Shown here in pieces: positions 46,210 to 55,800 of a stretch of 62,328 nt of DNA. This stretch comes from a virus (Duplodnaviria; Caudoviricetes). The stretch covers positions 1 through 62,328 of the IMG/VR virus record IMGVR_UViG_3300028024_000186. One strand, written 5' to 3'. Each line of letters begins with the position of its first letter. Position 1 is the first letter of the stretch. Both the position numbers and the translations under genes were made by a program. Below the pieces are notes generated by a model. That model was not told the DNA's origin and did no database searches. It saw only the letters and a program-made list of their open reading frames with translations.

Positions 46210-48468
46210 ATGACGACGCTCTCGATCTCCCAATTTTCGGGCATCTTCCCGCGCGTACCCGATGCGCTTCTGCCGCAGATGGCTGCGACGGTGGCCGAGA
46301 ACTGCGACTTCGGCTACGGGGAGTTGCGCGGGATGAAGGGTGGGGCGCTGATCACGCCGGTGAGCAACGCCGTCAAGAGCCTGTACACCGAGGATGGCGT
46401 CTCGTTCTACACCTGGGACGTGGACGTTGACGCCGTGCGCGCGCCGATGGCGAAGGATACCTATCGGCGGGTCTACTACACGACGCCGACCGATTTCCGG
46501 GTCACGAACAGCCTGGGCACGCGGCCGGATGGTGGGCCGCCGGGCTCGAGCTATCGCGTGGGTGTGCCGCAACCGACCGTCACCCCGACGTTCTCCGTCA
46601 CGGGCACGCCGAGCAGCCTGTCGGAAATCAGCATTGCGGCCCGGTTCCACTATGAGTACGGCGGCGTCAAGTACCAAGAGCAGGACATCGGGCTCACGGT
46701 GGTGACGGATAAGCAGAAATGGACCTTCACGCCGCCGGCCAAGAATACGGGGGCGGCCTTCGGCCCAACTGATGAGTCCTTCGTCGCCACTGCCTACGGT
46801 TACATATTCCACAACACCGGCGGGCCGGACGGCAACCCGACGGATGACCTGATCTGGGTGGATCTGCCGGCTGGAACCAGAGTTATTGCATCGAGCGATA
46901 CCACGCTGCGCAAGGTGGCGGATAACAGCTTGATCGAGAACGTCACCTACGTGAAGGACGACGCAGGCCGAGAGCACGAACTGCGGACCCTCTATTCGCT
47001 GACGCGGTATTCGTACCTGAACGACAACGCCAGCGCGGCCGGAAACCTCACGCCTGACCAGGCGTTCCCGGTGATTCGGCTGATCGGGACCAACACCAGC
47101 ACGGGCGCTGCGGTCTTCGACATCTTCTCGTCGAACTCCAGCCTGACATCTTCCACCGCGGATTGGAGCGCGACGCTCACGCGCAACGACAATGCGGACA
47201 GCTATACCGTGGTGCTGGCCTCGAAGTCGGATGCGGCAGCTACCGAGACGCGGGCGTATGTCTACACCTACGTCAATACCTACGATGAGGAGGGCCCACC
47301 TTCTCCGGCCGGCGAACTGAGCCTGATCAACGGGCTGGCGGTCGACGTGACGGTGACGCGCGACACGCCGGCGGCGGACTATGCGCCGCTCAAGGAGATC
47401 CGGCTCTACCGCACCCAATACGGCAGTGATGTCATCGAGTACTTCTACGCCGGCTCGGTGCTGGTGCTCGGACAGCCTGGCAGCACGTTCGTCTTTCACG
47501 ACGATGTGACGGCGGCTGGATTGAATGAGCCGCTGGCGTCGGACACCTACTATGCACCGGACCCGGGGCTGGTGGGGCTGATGACACTCAAGAACGGCAT
47601 CCTGTGCGCATGGAAGGGCAACGAGCTGCATTTCTCGGAGCCGTACAAGCCCTGGGCTTGGCCGCCGGAATATGTGAAGGTGTTCCAGCACAACGTGGTC
47701 AACGGCGTGCCGTATGGCACGGGCCTGCTGCTGGTGACGACAACCGAGCCGGTGCTCATCTCGGGCACGACGCCGGGCGGCATGTCGGAACTGGACCTGA
47801 ACGTGTCGCAGGCAGGGGTATCGAAGCACTCCATCGCGCTGGTGGACGGATTCCTTGCCTACGCCAGCCGCGACGGCATCGTCGTGATGCAGGGTGGACA
47901 GGCCTCGCTCACGCTTTCGCAGCAGTTCTTCACCCGCGATGTCTGGCGCGCGCGCTACGCCGCCCACCTCGGCGCCATGCGATTCTCGGTGTGGGATGGG
48001 CGCCTTGTGGTCTATGCGGACGATAGCTCCTTCCCGGCCTTCATGATCCGGCTGGACGAGGCCGCGGGCACGATGACCGACCTTCCAGGCTTTCAGGCGA
48101 CGTGCTCATTCGCCAGCGACTTCGCTGATGGCGTCTACTGCGGGGTCGGGTCGAACCTGTACCTGTTCAACGCTGGGGCGCCGCTTGGCACCAACTGGCA
48201 GTCGCGCGAGATGGTGCTCCCGGAGCCCGTCAATTTCGGGTATGCCAAGGCGCTGTGCTCGGGGGCATGGTCGGTGGAATTCCATGCCTACGATGAGGTG
48301 ACGGACGGCTGGGTGCTGCGCCACACGAAGGCGCTGACGCGCTCAGGAGGGTTCCGCCTCCCGGCCGGCTACAAGGCGCAGCGCTACAAGATCCGCATCT
48401 CCGGTACCGGGGAAGCGTTCAAAGACCTGCGCATCGGCACGAGTGCGCTGGCGCTCAAGGAGGTGTGA
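46210..48468 (+). CDS. Tail nozzle/stabilisation protein
   Basis: FSGIFPR, YVYTYV...EEGPPSP, FSEPYKP.AWP and FRLPAG motifs. Confidence 0.8.
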   Translation: MTTLSISQFSGIFPRVPDALLPQMAATVAENCDFGYGELRGMKGGALITPVSNAVKSLYTEDGVSFYTWDVDVDAVRAPMAKDTYRRVYYTTPTDFRVTNSLGTRPDGGPPGSSYRVGVPQPTVTPTFSVTGTPSSLSEISIAARFHYEYGGVKYQEQDIGLTVVTDKQKWTFTPPAKNTGAAFGPTDESFVATAYGYIFHNTGGPDGNPTDDLIWVDLPAGTRVIASSDTTLRKVADNSLIENVTYVKDDAGREHELRTLYSLTRYSYLNDNASAAGNLTPDQAFPVIRLIGTNTSTGAAVFDIFSSNSSLTSSTADWSATLTRNDNADSYTVVLASKSDAAATETRAYVYTYVNTYDEEGPPSPAGELSLINGLAVDVTVTRDTPAADYAPLKEIRLYRTQYGSDVIEYFYAGSVLVLGQPGSTFVFHDDVTAAGLNEPLASDTYYAPDPGLVGLMTLKNGILCAWKGNELHFSEPYKPWAWPPEYVKVFQHNVVNGVPYGTGLLLVTTTEPVLISGTTPGGMSELDLNVSQAGVSKHSIALVDGFLAYASRDGIVVMQGGQASLTLSQQFFTRDVWRARYAAHLGAMRFSVWDGRLVVYADDSSFPAFMIRLDEAAGTMTDLPGFQATCSFASDFADGVYCGVGSNLYLFNAGAPLGTNWQSREMVLPEPVNFGYAKALCSGAWSVEFHAYDEVTDGWVLRHTKALTRSGGFRLPAGYKAQRYKIRISGTGEAFKDLRIGTSALALKEV

Positions 48469-48470
48469 GG

Positions 48471-49739
48471 ATGGCGTCGCCGCCCGTCCCCTCGATTCCG
48501 GAGAGCGCCCTCGGCAGCATCAACGACAAGAATGTCTATCTGGTGCTGCGGGCCATTGCCGACATCCTGAATGTCCGGAATGGCCAGACTGGAGACTCGG
48601 ATTCGGCATTCGTCACCCGCGGCGAACTGGGCAGCGTGGCCAAGGCCGGCACCGGCGGTCTCTCGGCGGGCGGAGCGCGGCAGTCACAGGGCGGTACCTT
48701 CCCGGTGATCAAGCCGTCCGACATCGCGCGCGTGATCACCGACCTGCAAGCCCAGGTTATGGAGTCTCCGCTCTTCAAGGCACTTGGAGAGCGGATCGAC
48801 CGCGTAGATGCACCGGGCACCGGGGTGATTGCCCAGCTGGACGAGGAGCGCACTGTTCGGTCCAATGCCGTTTCGTCGCTGGTACAGCTACTCACGACGC
48901 TGGAATCGACGGTCGGCGATCAGTCGGTGGCTCTGCAGGAAGAGGCTCAGACCCGCGCCGATGCCGACGGCAACATCATGGGCAAGTACTCGGTAAAGAT
49001 CGATGCGAACGGGTATGTGTCGGGCTTCGGGCTGATCAGCACAGCCAACAACGGTACGCCATTCTCGGAATTCATCTTCCGGGCCGACCGCTTTGCCATC
49101 GGCTCGCCGACGGGGCCGGGGGTGCCAGTACGCATCCCGTTTATCGTGACGACCACCGCGCAGGTGGTCAACGGCTACACCGTGCCGCCGGGCGTCTACA
49201 TCGATGCGGCGGCGATTGCCGTGGCATCCATCGGTGAAGCTCAGATCGATTTTGCCTCGATTCGGCAGGCCCACATTCAGAACGCAGCGATTGGGACCGC
49301 CCAAATTCAGGATGCGGCGATCACCAACGCCAAGATCGGCAACGCCGAGGTCGACACGCTTTCCATTCGCGGTGACGCGGTGACTGTACCGAGAGGCGCG
49401 CACGGCGGCTCCGGCTCGACCGGCGCCACCTTCGTGGTTGCCGCGTCCGTCGTGATGCCTGCCGGGCCCGCCGCCGCGATTATCTTCGGGGTCGTGAATG
49501 TGTGGGCAACGTCGGATTCCGGGTGCTCCATCCGAATTTGCCGGGACAGCACTGTGCTGGCCGAAGTCGGTGCGACGCTGGCGGTATCAGCGGGCATCAC
49601 CACGCCTTCCCTGGCGGTGCCAATCTGTTGCTTTGACTCGTCGGCATCGGCAGGCGGGACCTACTCGATACAGGTTGGGAATGCGGTCCTCATCAACTGG
49701 TACTCGGCCGACATTGCCTTGCTTGGAGCCAAGCGGTGA
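48471..49739 (+). CDS. Tail tip/fibre protein with a DUF1983-like domain
   Basis: YSVKIDANGYVSGFGL..F.FRADRFAI..PF; A.I..A.I repeats. Confidence 0.8.
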   Translation: MASPPVPSIPESALGSINDKNVYLVLRAIADILNVRNGQTGDSDSAFVTRGELGSVAKAGTGGLSAGGARQSQGGTFPVIKPSDIARVITDLQAQVMESPLFKALGERIDRVDAPGTGVIAQLDEERTVRSNAVSSLVQLLTTLESTVGDQSVALQEEAQTRADADGNIMGKYSVKIDANGYVSGFGLISTANNGTPFSEFIFRADRFAIGSPTGPGVPVRIPFIVTTTAQVVNGYTVPPGVYIDAAAIAVASIGEAQIDFASIRQAHIQNAAIGTAQIQDAAITNAKIGNAEVDTLSIRGDAVTVPRGAHGGSGSTGATFVVAASVVMPAGPAAAIIFGVVNVWATSDSGCSIRICRDSTVLAEVGATLAVSAGITTPSLAVPICCFDSSASAGGTYSIQVGNAVLINWYSADIALLGAKR

Positions 49740-50095
49740 AGATTGCCATCTACAGCAAGGCCACTGGCCGCGTTCGACAATTCACCTATTGCGGCGAAGA
49801 CGAGGCAGCCCTCAACGCATTTGATGGGGAGGACTATCTCGAGGTGGATGCGATCCCGATGGGGGATTGGGAGGTCGTCGACGGGCAGCTGCGCCAAATT
49901 CCTGGCAAGCCGTCAGAATTTACCTATGACGTCATGCGCCGTGCCGAGTACCCAAAGGAAGGCGATCAGCTTGATGCCATCTGGAAGACGCTGGCCAAGC
50001 TCGATCCATCGCTGCTGGACCCCGAGACGCAATCGACGATGCAGCAAATCAATGCCGTCAAGGCGAAGCACCCCAAGCCGGACGACTCGAATTAG
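49736..50095 (+). CDS. Tail assembly chaperone-like protein
   Basis: RRAEYP...DQLDAIW...VKAKHPKP. Confidence 0.7.
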   Translation: MKIAIYSKATGRVRQFTYCGEDEAALNAFDGEDYLEVDAIPMGDWEVVDGQLRQIPGKPSEFTYDVMRRAEYPKEGDQLDAIWKTLAKLDPSLLDPETQSTMQQINAVKAKHPKPDDSN

Positions 50096-50112
50096 GGTGC
50101 GCGGGCTAGGAT
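50086..50112 (+). promoter_or_regulatory. Putative late promoter 5
   Basis: CTCGAATT-N13-TAGGAT. Confidence 0.68.
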
Positions 50113-50138
50113 CAGGTATCGCCTAAACCAGCCAGCCC

Positions 50139-50699
50139 ATGAAGCACTTCCAGCAAATCCATGCCGGCCTCGATGTCGCTCCGCTCCTGCTCGCGATCAA
50201 GCAGCATCCGGAACTGTGGGACCAATTCACGCCGAGGAAGATCGCGCCGGCGACGCCGCATGCAGCCATGTCGGACATCTGGGTGCGGTACAACGACATC
50301 CGGAAGTTTGCCGATGGCGACTTGACGCACTTCAACGACCCCCATTACCCGATCTGGTATCCGGCCTACGATGCGTTGCCACAACTCCGCCCGATCATCT
50401 TCGGGCTGATGGCGCGCGTCGAGGCGGTGCAGCTCGGGGGCGTGTTGATCACGAAGATCCCGCCCGGCGGACGCATCGAGCCGCATGTTGACCACGGCTG
50501 GCACGTCGAGCACTTCAACACGAAGCTCTACGTGGTGCTGCAATCGAACCCCGCGTGCTTCAATCGTGTCGAGGACGAGACGGTAAGCATGCAGGCCGGC
50601 GACGTGTTCTGGTTCGACAATACCGTCGATCACGAGGTATGGAACGACGGCGACGATGACCGTATCACCCTGATCGTTTGCACGAGGCGCGACCGATGA
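50139..50699 (+). CDS. Asp/Asn beta-hydroxylase-like 2OG-Fe(II) oxygenase
   Basis: PGGRIEPHVD (HxD), WFDN..HEV.N and RI.LIV motifs. Confidence 0.85.
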   Translation: MKHFQQIHAGLDVAPLLLAIKQHPELWDQFTPRKIAPATPHAAMSDIWVRYNDIRKFADGDLTHFNDPHYPIWYPAYDALPQLRPIIFGLMARVEAVQLGGVLITKIPPGGRIEPHVDHGWHVEHFNTKLYVVLQSNPACFNRVEDETVSMQAGDVFWFDNTVDHEVWNDGDDDRITLIVCTRRDR

Positions 50700-51061
50700 T
50701 CGAAGGCATGATGCGCGAACTCGCGAAACGCGACCAGACCGACCTGCGCACGGTCCACCACTTCTCGAATGGGGTGTACGCCAAGCAGATGCACCTGCCC
50801 AAGGGGCACATGGCCATCTCGCACAAGCATGCCTACAGCCACCTGAGCATCCTCGCCGCCGGATCGGCGGTGGTGGCCACGGACGGGCGCAGCAGGCTGT
50901 TCCATGCGCCGGCCTGCATCGAGATCGAGGCGGGCGTCAACCACTCCATTACCGCCATCGAGGATGTGACATGGTTCTGCATCCATGCGACCGATGAAAC
51001 CGATCCGGACAAGGTGGACCGGGTGCTGATCCAAGGAGATGAATCGTGCCGTGGGGAGTAG
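50696..51061 (+). CDS. Cupin-domain protein
   Basis: HHFSNGVYAK....G.....HKH...H pattern; WFCIHAT. Confidence 0.8.
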   Translation: MIEGMMRELAKRDQTDLRTVHHFSNGVYAKQMHLPKGHMAISHKHAYSHLSILAAGSAVVATDGRSRLFHAPACIEIEAGVNHSITAIEDVTWFCIHATDETDPDKVDRVLIQGDESCRGE

Positions 51062-51765
51062 CTGCTGCTGTGGGTGGGGCGCTGGTGACTGGCGCGATGG
51101 CGGACGATGGCGGGGCCGTAGCGGCGAATGCTGCCTCGTCGGAAGCGACACGCATGCAGGCGCAAATCGCCAAGGATCAGTGGGATCGGTACAAGACCGT
51201 CTATGCGCCGCTGGAAGATTCAATGGTCAGCGCGGCCCAGAATTACGACTCCCCGGCTCAATACGAGCGGGCGGCCGGAGAGGCAGCGGGCACCGTCGCG
51301 CAGTCGTATGGCAAGGCTCGTGATCGGCTGACCCGCACGCCAGGACTTGACCCCACTTCGGCTGCGTATGCGTCGAGCGTGGCCGGACTGGACCGTGATC
51401 AAGCGGCAGCCGATGCCGTCGCCCAGAACGGTGCTCGCAAGCAGGTGCAAGACACCGCATGGGCTCGCAAGTCCGACATGCTGAGCCTCGGGAAGGGGTT
51501 GCCGGCCCAGGCGGCAACGGGGCTTGCTGCCGTGTCGCAGCAGAGCGCTAACCAAGCGAACACCGCATACAACCGCAGCATGAACGAAGCGGCCGGCCTG
51601 GGTGGCGCGACCCGGGACATCATCGGCGGCCTGTCGTCGGCATGGAACAGCGCCAACTCGCCGGGGTTGGGTAGCGGTACGTTCGGCGGCTCATCTTCTG
51701 GCTATGGCTTTGCCAGCGGCAACTATTCGGCGGGCAGCAATTTGCCGCTGTCCTTCGGGCTCTAA
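51046..51765 (+). CDS. DNA ejection / internal virion protein
   Basis: Gly/Ala-rich hydrophobic N-terminus; position before the giant protein. Confidence 0.7.
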   Translation: MPWGVAAAVGGALVTGAMADDGGAVAANAASSEATRMQAQIAKDQWDRYKTVYAPLEDSMVSAAQNYDSPAQYERAAGEAAGTVAQSYGKARDRLTRTPGLDPTSAAYASSVAGLDRDQAAADAVAQNGARKQVQDTAWARKSDMLSLGKGLPAQAATGLAAVSQQSANQANTAYNRSMNEAAGLGGATRDIIGGLSSAWNSANSPGLGSGTFGGSSSGYGFASGNYSAGSNLPLSFGL

Positions 51766-51774
51766 GGGGGTTCC

Positions 51775-52809
51775 ATGTCGAAACTCGGACTTGGCCTTGC
51801 AGCCTATGGCGGATACCAGGCACGCGACCGCCAGATCAAGGCGGAGAACTACCAGGACCGCCAGCGCGACTACGGCACCGCCCAGATGGACGCGAATCAA
51901 GCAGGGCTAGGCGATGCCGCGGCGGCGCGAACCGCTGCAAACCAACTCAGCACGGCGCAGAGCACGGCGGAGCTGGGTCTTGTTCCGAAGCGTGCAGACT
52001 TGGCCAGCGCGCAACTCGGTTTCCAGCAGGAGACGCTGCCGCGCCAGCAGGAGACAGCCCGAAAGCAGGTCGACATGCAGGGCCAGCAGGCCGACCAGGA
52101 CTATGCGATGTTCGGCCAGAAGCTGCGTCAGCAGCGCATCGAGGGCGCCATCACCAACCAAGCGGCGCAGACGATGGCGATGCACAAGCTGGTCGACGTG
52201 ATCGACGCCGGCGCGCCGAGCCAGGTGCTGGACTACTTCAACTCCATCGTGAAGGCCGGCGCGCTGGGCGATCTGCCCGGCCCACTGGCGGATGACGTTC
52301 GTATAGTCAACGGTACGGATGGACAGCAGAAGATCGCCATCCTGTCCGGCGGCAAGCCCATCGTGGCCCTTGGCGCGGCCGACATGGACCGCATCCGCCA
52401 GATGGGCACGAAATACGATTACAAGGTGGTCGGCAAGAGCCTCGTCAAGACCGATGCGCGTGGCAATGCAACGCCGGTCTTCACCTCGCCGGAGGCGAAC
52501 AAAGAAGGGGTCAACCGCGACCCGGCCGAGGTGGCCACCATGAAATACATGGTCGATTCAGGTATTGCGAAGAACCCCACGGACGCATTCAGCAAGATGC
52601 GCACGGCGCGCGGCAAGAGCAAGGCTGAATTCATCGCGGACATGATGAAGGGCTCCATGCTGCCCGGCATGGGCGAAGACAGGCTCCGCGAGCAGGAAGG
52701 CATCTTCGGCGGCATGTACGACCGCCTGAACGGTGGTGGCCGTGGGGCAGCCTCGAATTCCAACCCCGCCAATACACTCGACCCGAAGGTGCAATCACTC
52801 TTTGAATAG
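51775..52809 (+). CDS. DNA ejection / internal virion protein
   Basis: Q/A-rich helical protein; position. Confidence 0.7.
   Translation: MSKLGLGLAAYGGYQARDRQIKAENYQDRQRDYGTAQMDANQAGLGDAAAARTAANQLSTAQSTAELGLVPKRADLASAQLGFQQETLPRQQETARKQVDMQGQQADQDYAMFGQKLRQQRIEGAITNQAAQTMAMHKLVDVIDAGAPSQVLDYFNSIVKAGALGDLPGPLADDVRIVNGTDGQQKIAILSGGKPIVALGAADMDRIRQMGTKYDYKVVGKSLVKTDARGNATPVFTSPEANKEGVNRDPAEVATMKYMVDSGIAKNPTDAFSKMRTARGKSKAEFIADMMKGSMLPGMGEDRLREQEGIFGGMYDRLNGGGRGAASNSNPANTLDPKVQSLFE
52752..52778 (+). promoter_or_regulatory. Putative late promoter 6 (giant protein)
   Basis: CTCGAATT-N13-TACACT. Confidence 0.7.
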
Positions 52810-52821
52810 CGGGTAAAGCTC

Positions 52822-55800
52822 ATGGCGCTCCAGGATTTCGGTAGTCTCTCCCTCACGAACTCACCGACTGGAGCGCAAGGCAAAGCGGGGGCTCCGCGCG
52901 CGGGCGGCAAGACGACGCCGCTGGATAGCGCCACCATCGACCGCATCATCGCGGAGGAGGGCGCAGACAATATCAAGCCGACAGCGCTGGGCATCTACGG
53001 CCAGGAGTCGACTGGCGGCACGAACGCCGTGCGCAGTATCGACGGCGCCGAGGGTGGCATGCAGGTCATGCCAGACACCTTCAAGCGGATCGCCAAGCCT
53101 GGCGAACGCATCGACAACCCCGAAGACAACTTCCGCGTCGGCGTCCGCTACCTCAAGCTTATGTCCGATCAGTTCGGCGTTGATCCGGCGCGCCTGGCTG
53201 TGGGCTACTTCTCCGGCGAGGGAAACGTCAACCCGAGCGGCGATACTCCCTACAAGGTCGACAAGAAGGACGGCAACGGCAAGTACGTGTCGTCCTACGT
53301 GCGCGATGTGTTGGCGCGTGTGGGCAACGCCGTGGTACCTGACGCAAAGGCGGCCGACGAGCCCAAGAGCAAGCCCATCGATCTCTCTGGCGTTCCCGCG
53401 TATCGCGATTTCATCGCGCAGCCGAAGTGGCAGGAATTGAATGATGAGCAGCGAGGGCGCGCGCGCGGGGCGTACTTCGACCGTTACCTAGCATCGCAAC
53501 TCCCGGAGGGTCGCCGCACTGCGCAGCGTGAGGCATTCCTTGCGCGAGCCCAGAAATTCGAGGCGGATAACAAGCAGGCCGACACCTACGACCAGATCAA
53601 GACTGGGATTGCCGAGGTCGGTGGAGCAATCATGCGCTCCCTTGGCTCTGGTGCCGATAGTTCTGATGGTGCATCGGTAGATCCGGATGCCCTAACCGCG
53701 CCGACTGATGAATCGAGCAAGATCGGCGTTATGGGCTCGGTGCGCGCGCCGGAATCGGCGAGCACGTCGCGCGCCCCTGTTACCCAGGAATTCCGCGCCG
53801 AGTTTGGGCGTGCCTACGATGCCGCTACCCCCGAACAGCGCCAGCAGATGGCTCAAGACGGGGGGGTGGTGGGGCAACTCGCGCGGGAGCGCATGGGACT
53901 GGCTGACTCCCTCCCATCGGGTGCGCGGGCCGTAGTTGACCGCGCGCAGGCCCAATTGACACAGCCTGTCCCAGCCGGGACCATCGGCCCTATTCAAGGG
54001 CCGGCACCCACAACCGGCAGCGTGGCATCCGGTCTCGCTAATTCGCTCTATTCGGGGGCGGTCAAGACGCGAGCTGGCTTGCGGGCGGCCGTGGCGGATG
54101 CTGCAGGATCAAGGGAGGGACAGGAGGCGGCTCGCCGCGAGGTTGCTGGCGCCCAATTGCTGGACAGCACGACAACTCCTGCGTTTGAAAGCCCGACCGC
54201 TGCCGGCATCTATAGCGGTGCCGCCAGCACCCTGCAGAATATCCCAGCCGTCGCGGCCGCTATTGCGACAAGGAACCCAGCCATTGCCACCGGCACAATG
54301 GTCGCGCCGATGCTCCCGCAGCAGTATGGCGTCTATCGTGAGGCTGGCGCGACCCCGGCTCAGGCTGGTCTTGGGGCTGCTGCCTACGCCGCATCGGAGT
54401 ACCTGACGGAACGCATGCCGATGGGTGTGCTGGTCAACAAGTTTGGCAGGGTTGGGGCAACCCGATTTATCGCTGACCTCTTGGCGAAGGAACTTCCCAG
54501 TGAACAGGTGGCAACGCTCGCTCAGGATGCTATCGATCAGGCGGTCACCCAGCCGGACAAGACTTGGGGGGAATACCTTCGGGAAAGGCCGGGGGCCGCC
54601 TACCAGACGCTGCTTGCTACGCTGACGCAAAGCGCATTGATGGGCGGGGCGAGTGCCGGCGTAAATGCAGTGAATCGCGCGGCTGAGCGCAATGCTGCGG
54701 AGGGTGCGCGCGACCAAGCCATGAACAAGGCGGCCGCGTTTGCCCAACCACTGAGGCCGAAACATGCCAGCACCGCCGCGGCCGAGCAGGTTGTGCGCGA
54801 GATGGCGGCGGAAGCTGGCATGGATACAGCCGATCTTCTGCCGGCGGAAGCGTCGCCGGCTGCCCAGCCCGCCCCGGCCGGCGCCGGCGAGGCTCCGGTG
54901 TCGGCGGAACCCAGCGCCGCAGCCGTTGCTGCGCCGCAAACCGCCGAGGCTGCGATGCCTGCGGCGCCGACAGTGGCGTCTCAGGCATCTGAATCCCCCG
55001 ACATTGCCGAGATGTCGAATGCCATTCTCGCGGCCGAGGCCGCCCGTGGAGAACCGAATGGAAGCGCGAGTGCTGTGCCGGCCGAGCCTGTCGATCCACG
55101 AGGCGTTGCGCCGGATGCAGGAATGGGAGTTGATCTTGCCGCGGGACGTGCCGGATCTGTACAAGGCGGTGACGACGGACGAGCCAGTGCCGCTCCGGCT
55201 GGAGTTGCTGGTGCTGACGTTGTTTCTGGTGCAGACGGAGCCGCCGACGGACAGCCGGCACTGAGCGACCGCTATGCGCAAGCCGTGGATATCGTTCGTA
55301 AATCGCGGAGCCCGAGCGTAGCCGTCATTCAGCGCAACCTGCGGACGGATTACAGCACCGCCACTGGCATGCTGGCGCAGATGGAACGCGATGGCATTGT
55401 CACCGCACCAAATGAGCGCGGGGTGCGATCGGTGATCGAGCAGCATGCTCCGGCTGCCGTTCTGGACGCTTCCGCACACGAGGCCGCTACGTCGCCGCAG
55501 AACGACCTGCCAGAGCCGACGGATGCCCAGAAGCAGGCCGGCAACTACAAGATGGGGCACACCACGCTCCACGGACTCGACATCACCATCGAGAACCCGC
55601 GCGGATCGACCCGCAGCGGCACCGATGCCGGCGGGAAGGCATGGTCGGTGGAGATGGCGAACCACTATGGGTACTTGAAGCGCACCGAGGGTGCCGACGG
55701 CGACCATGTGGACGTGTTCATCGGACCCAAGCCCGAGAGCGGCAAGGTGTTCGTCGTCGACCAGATCGATCCGCGCACCGGCAATTTCGATGAGCATAAG

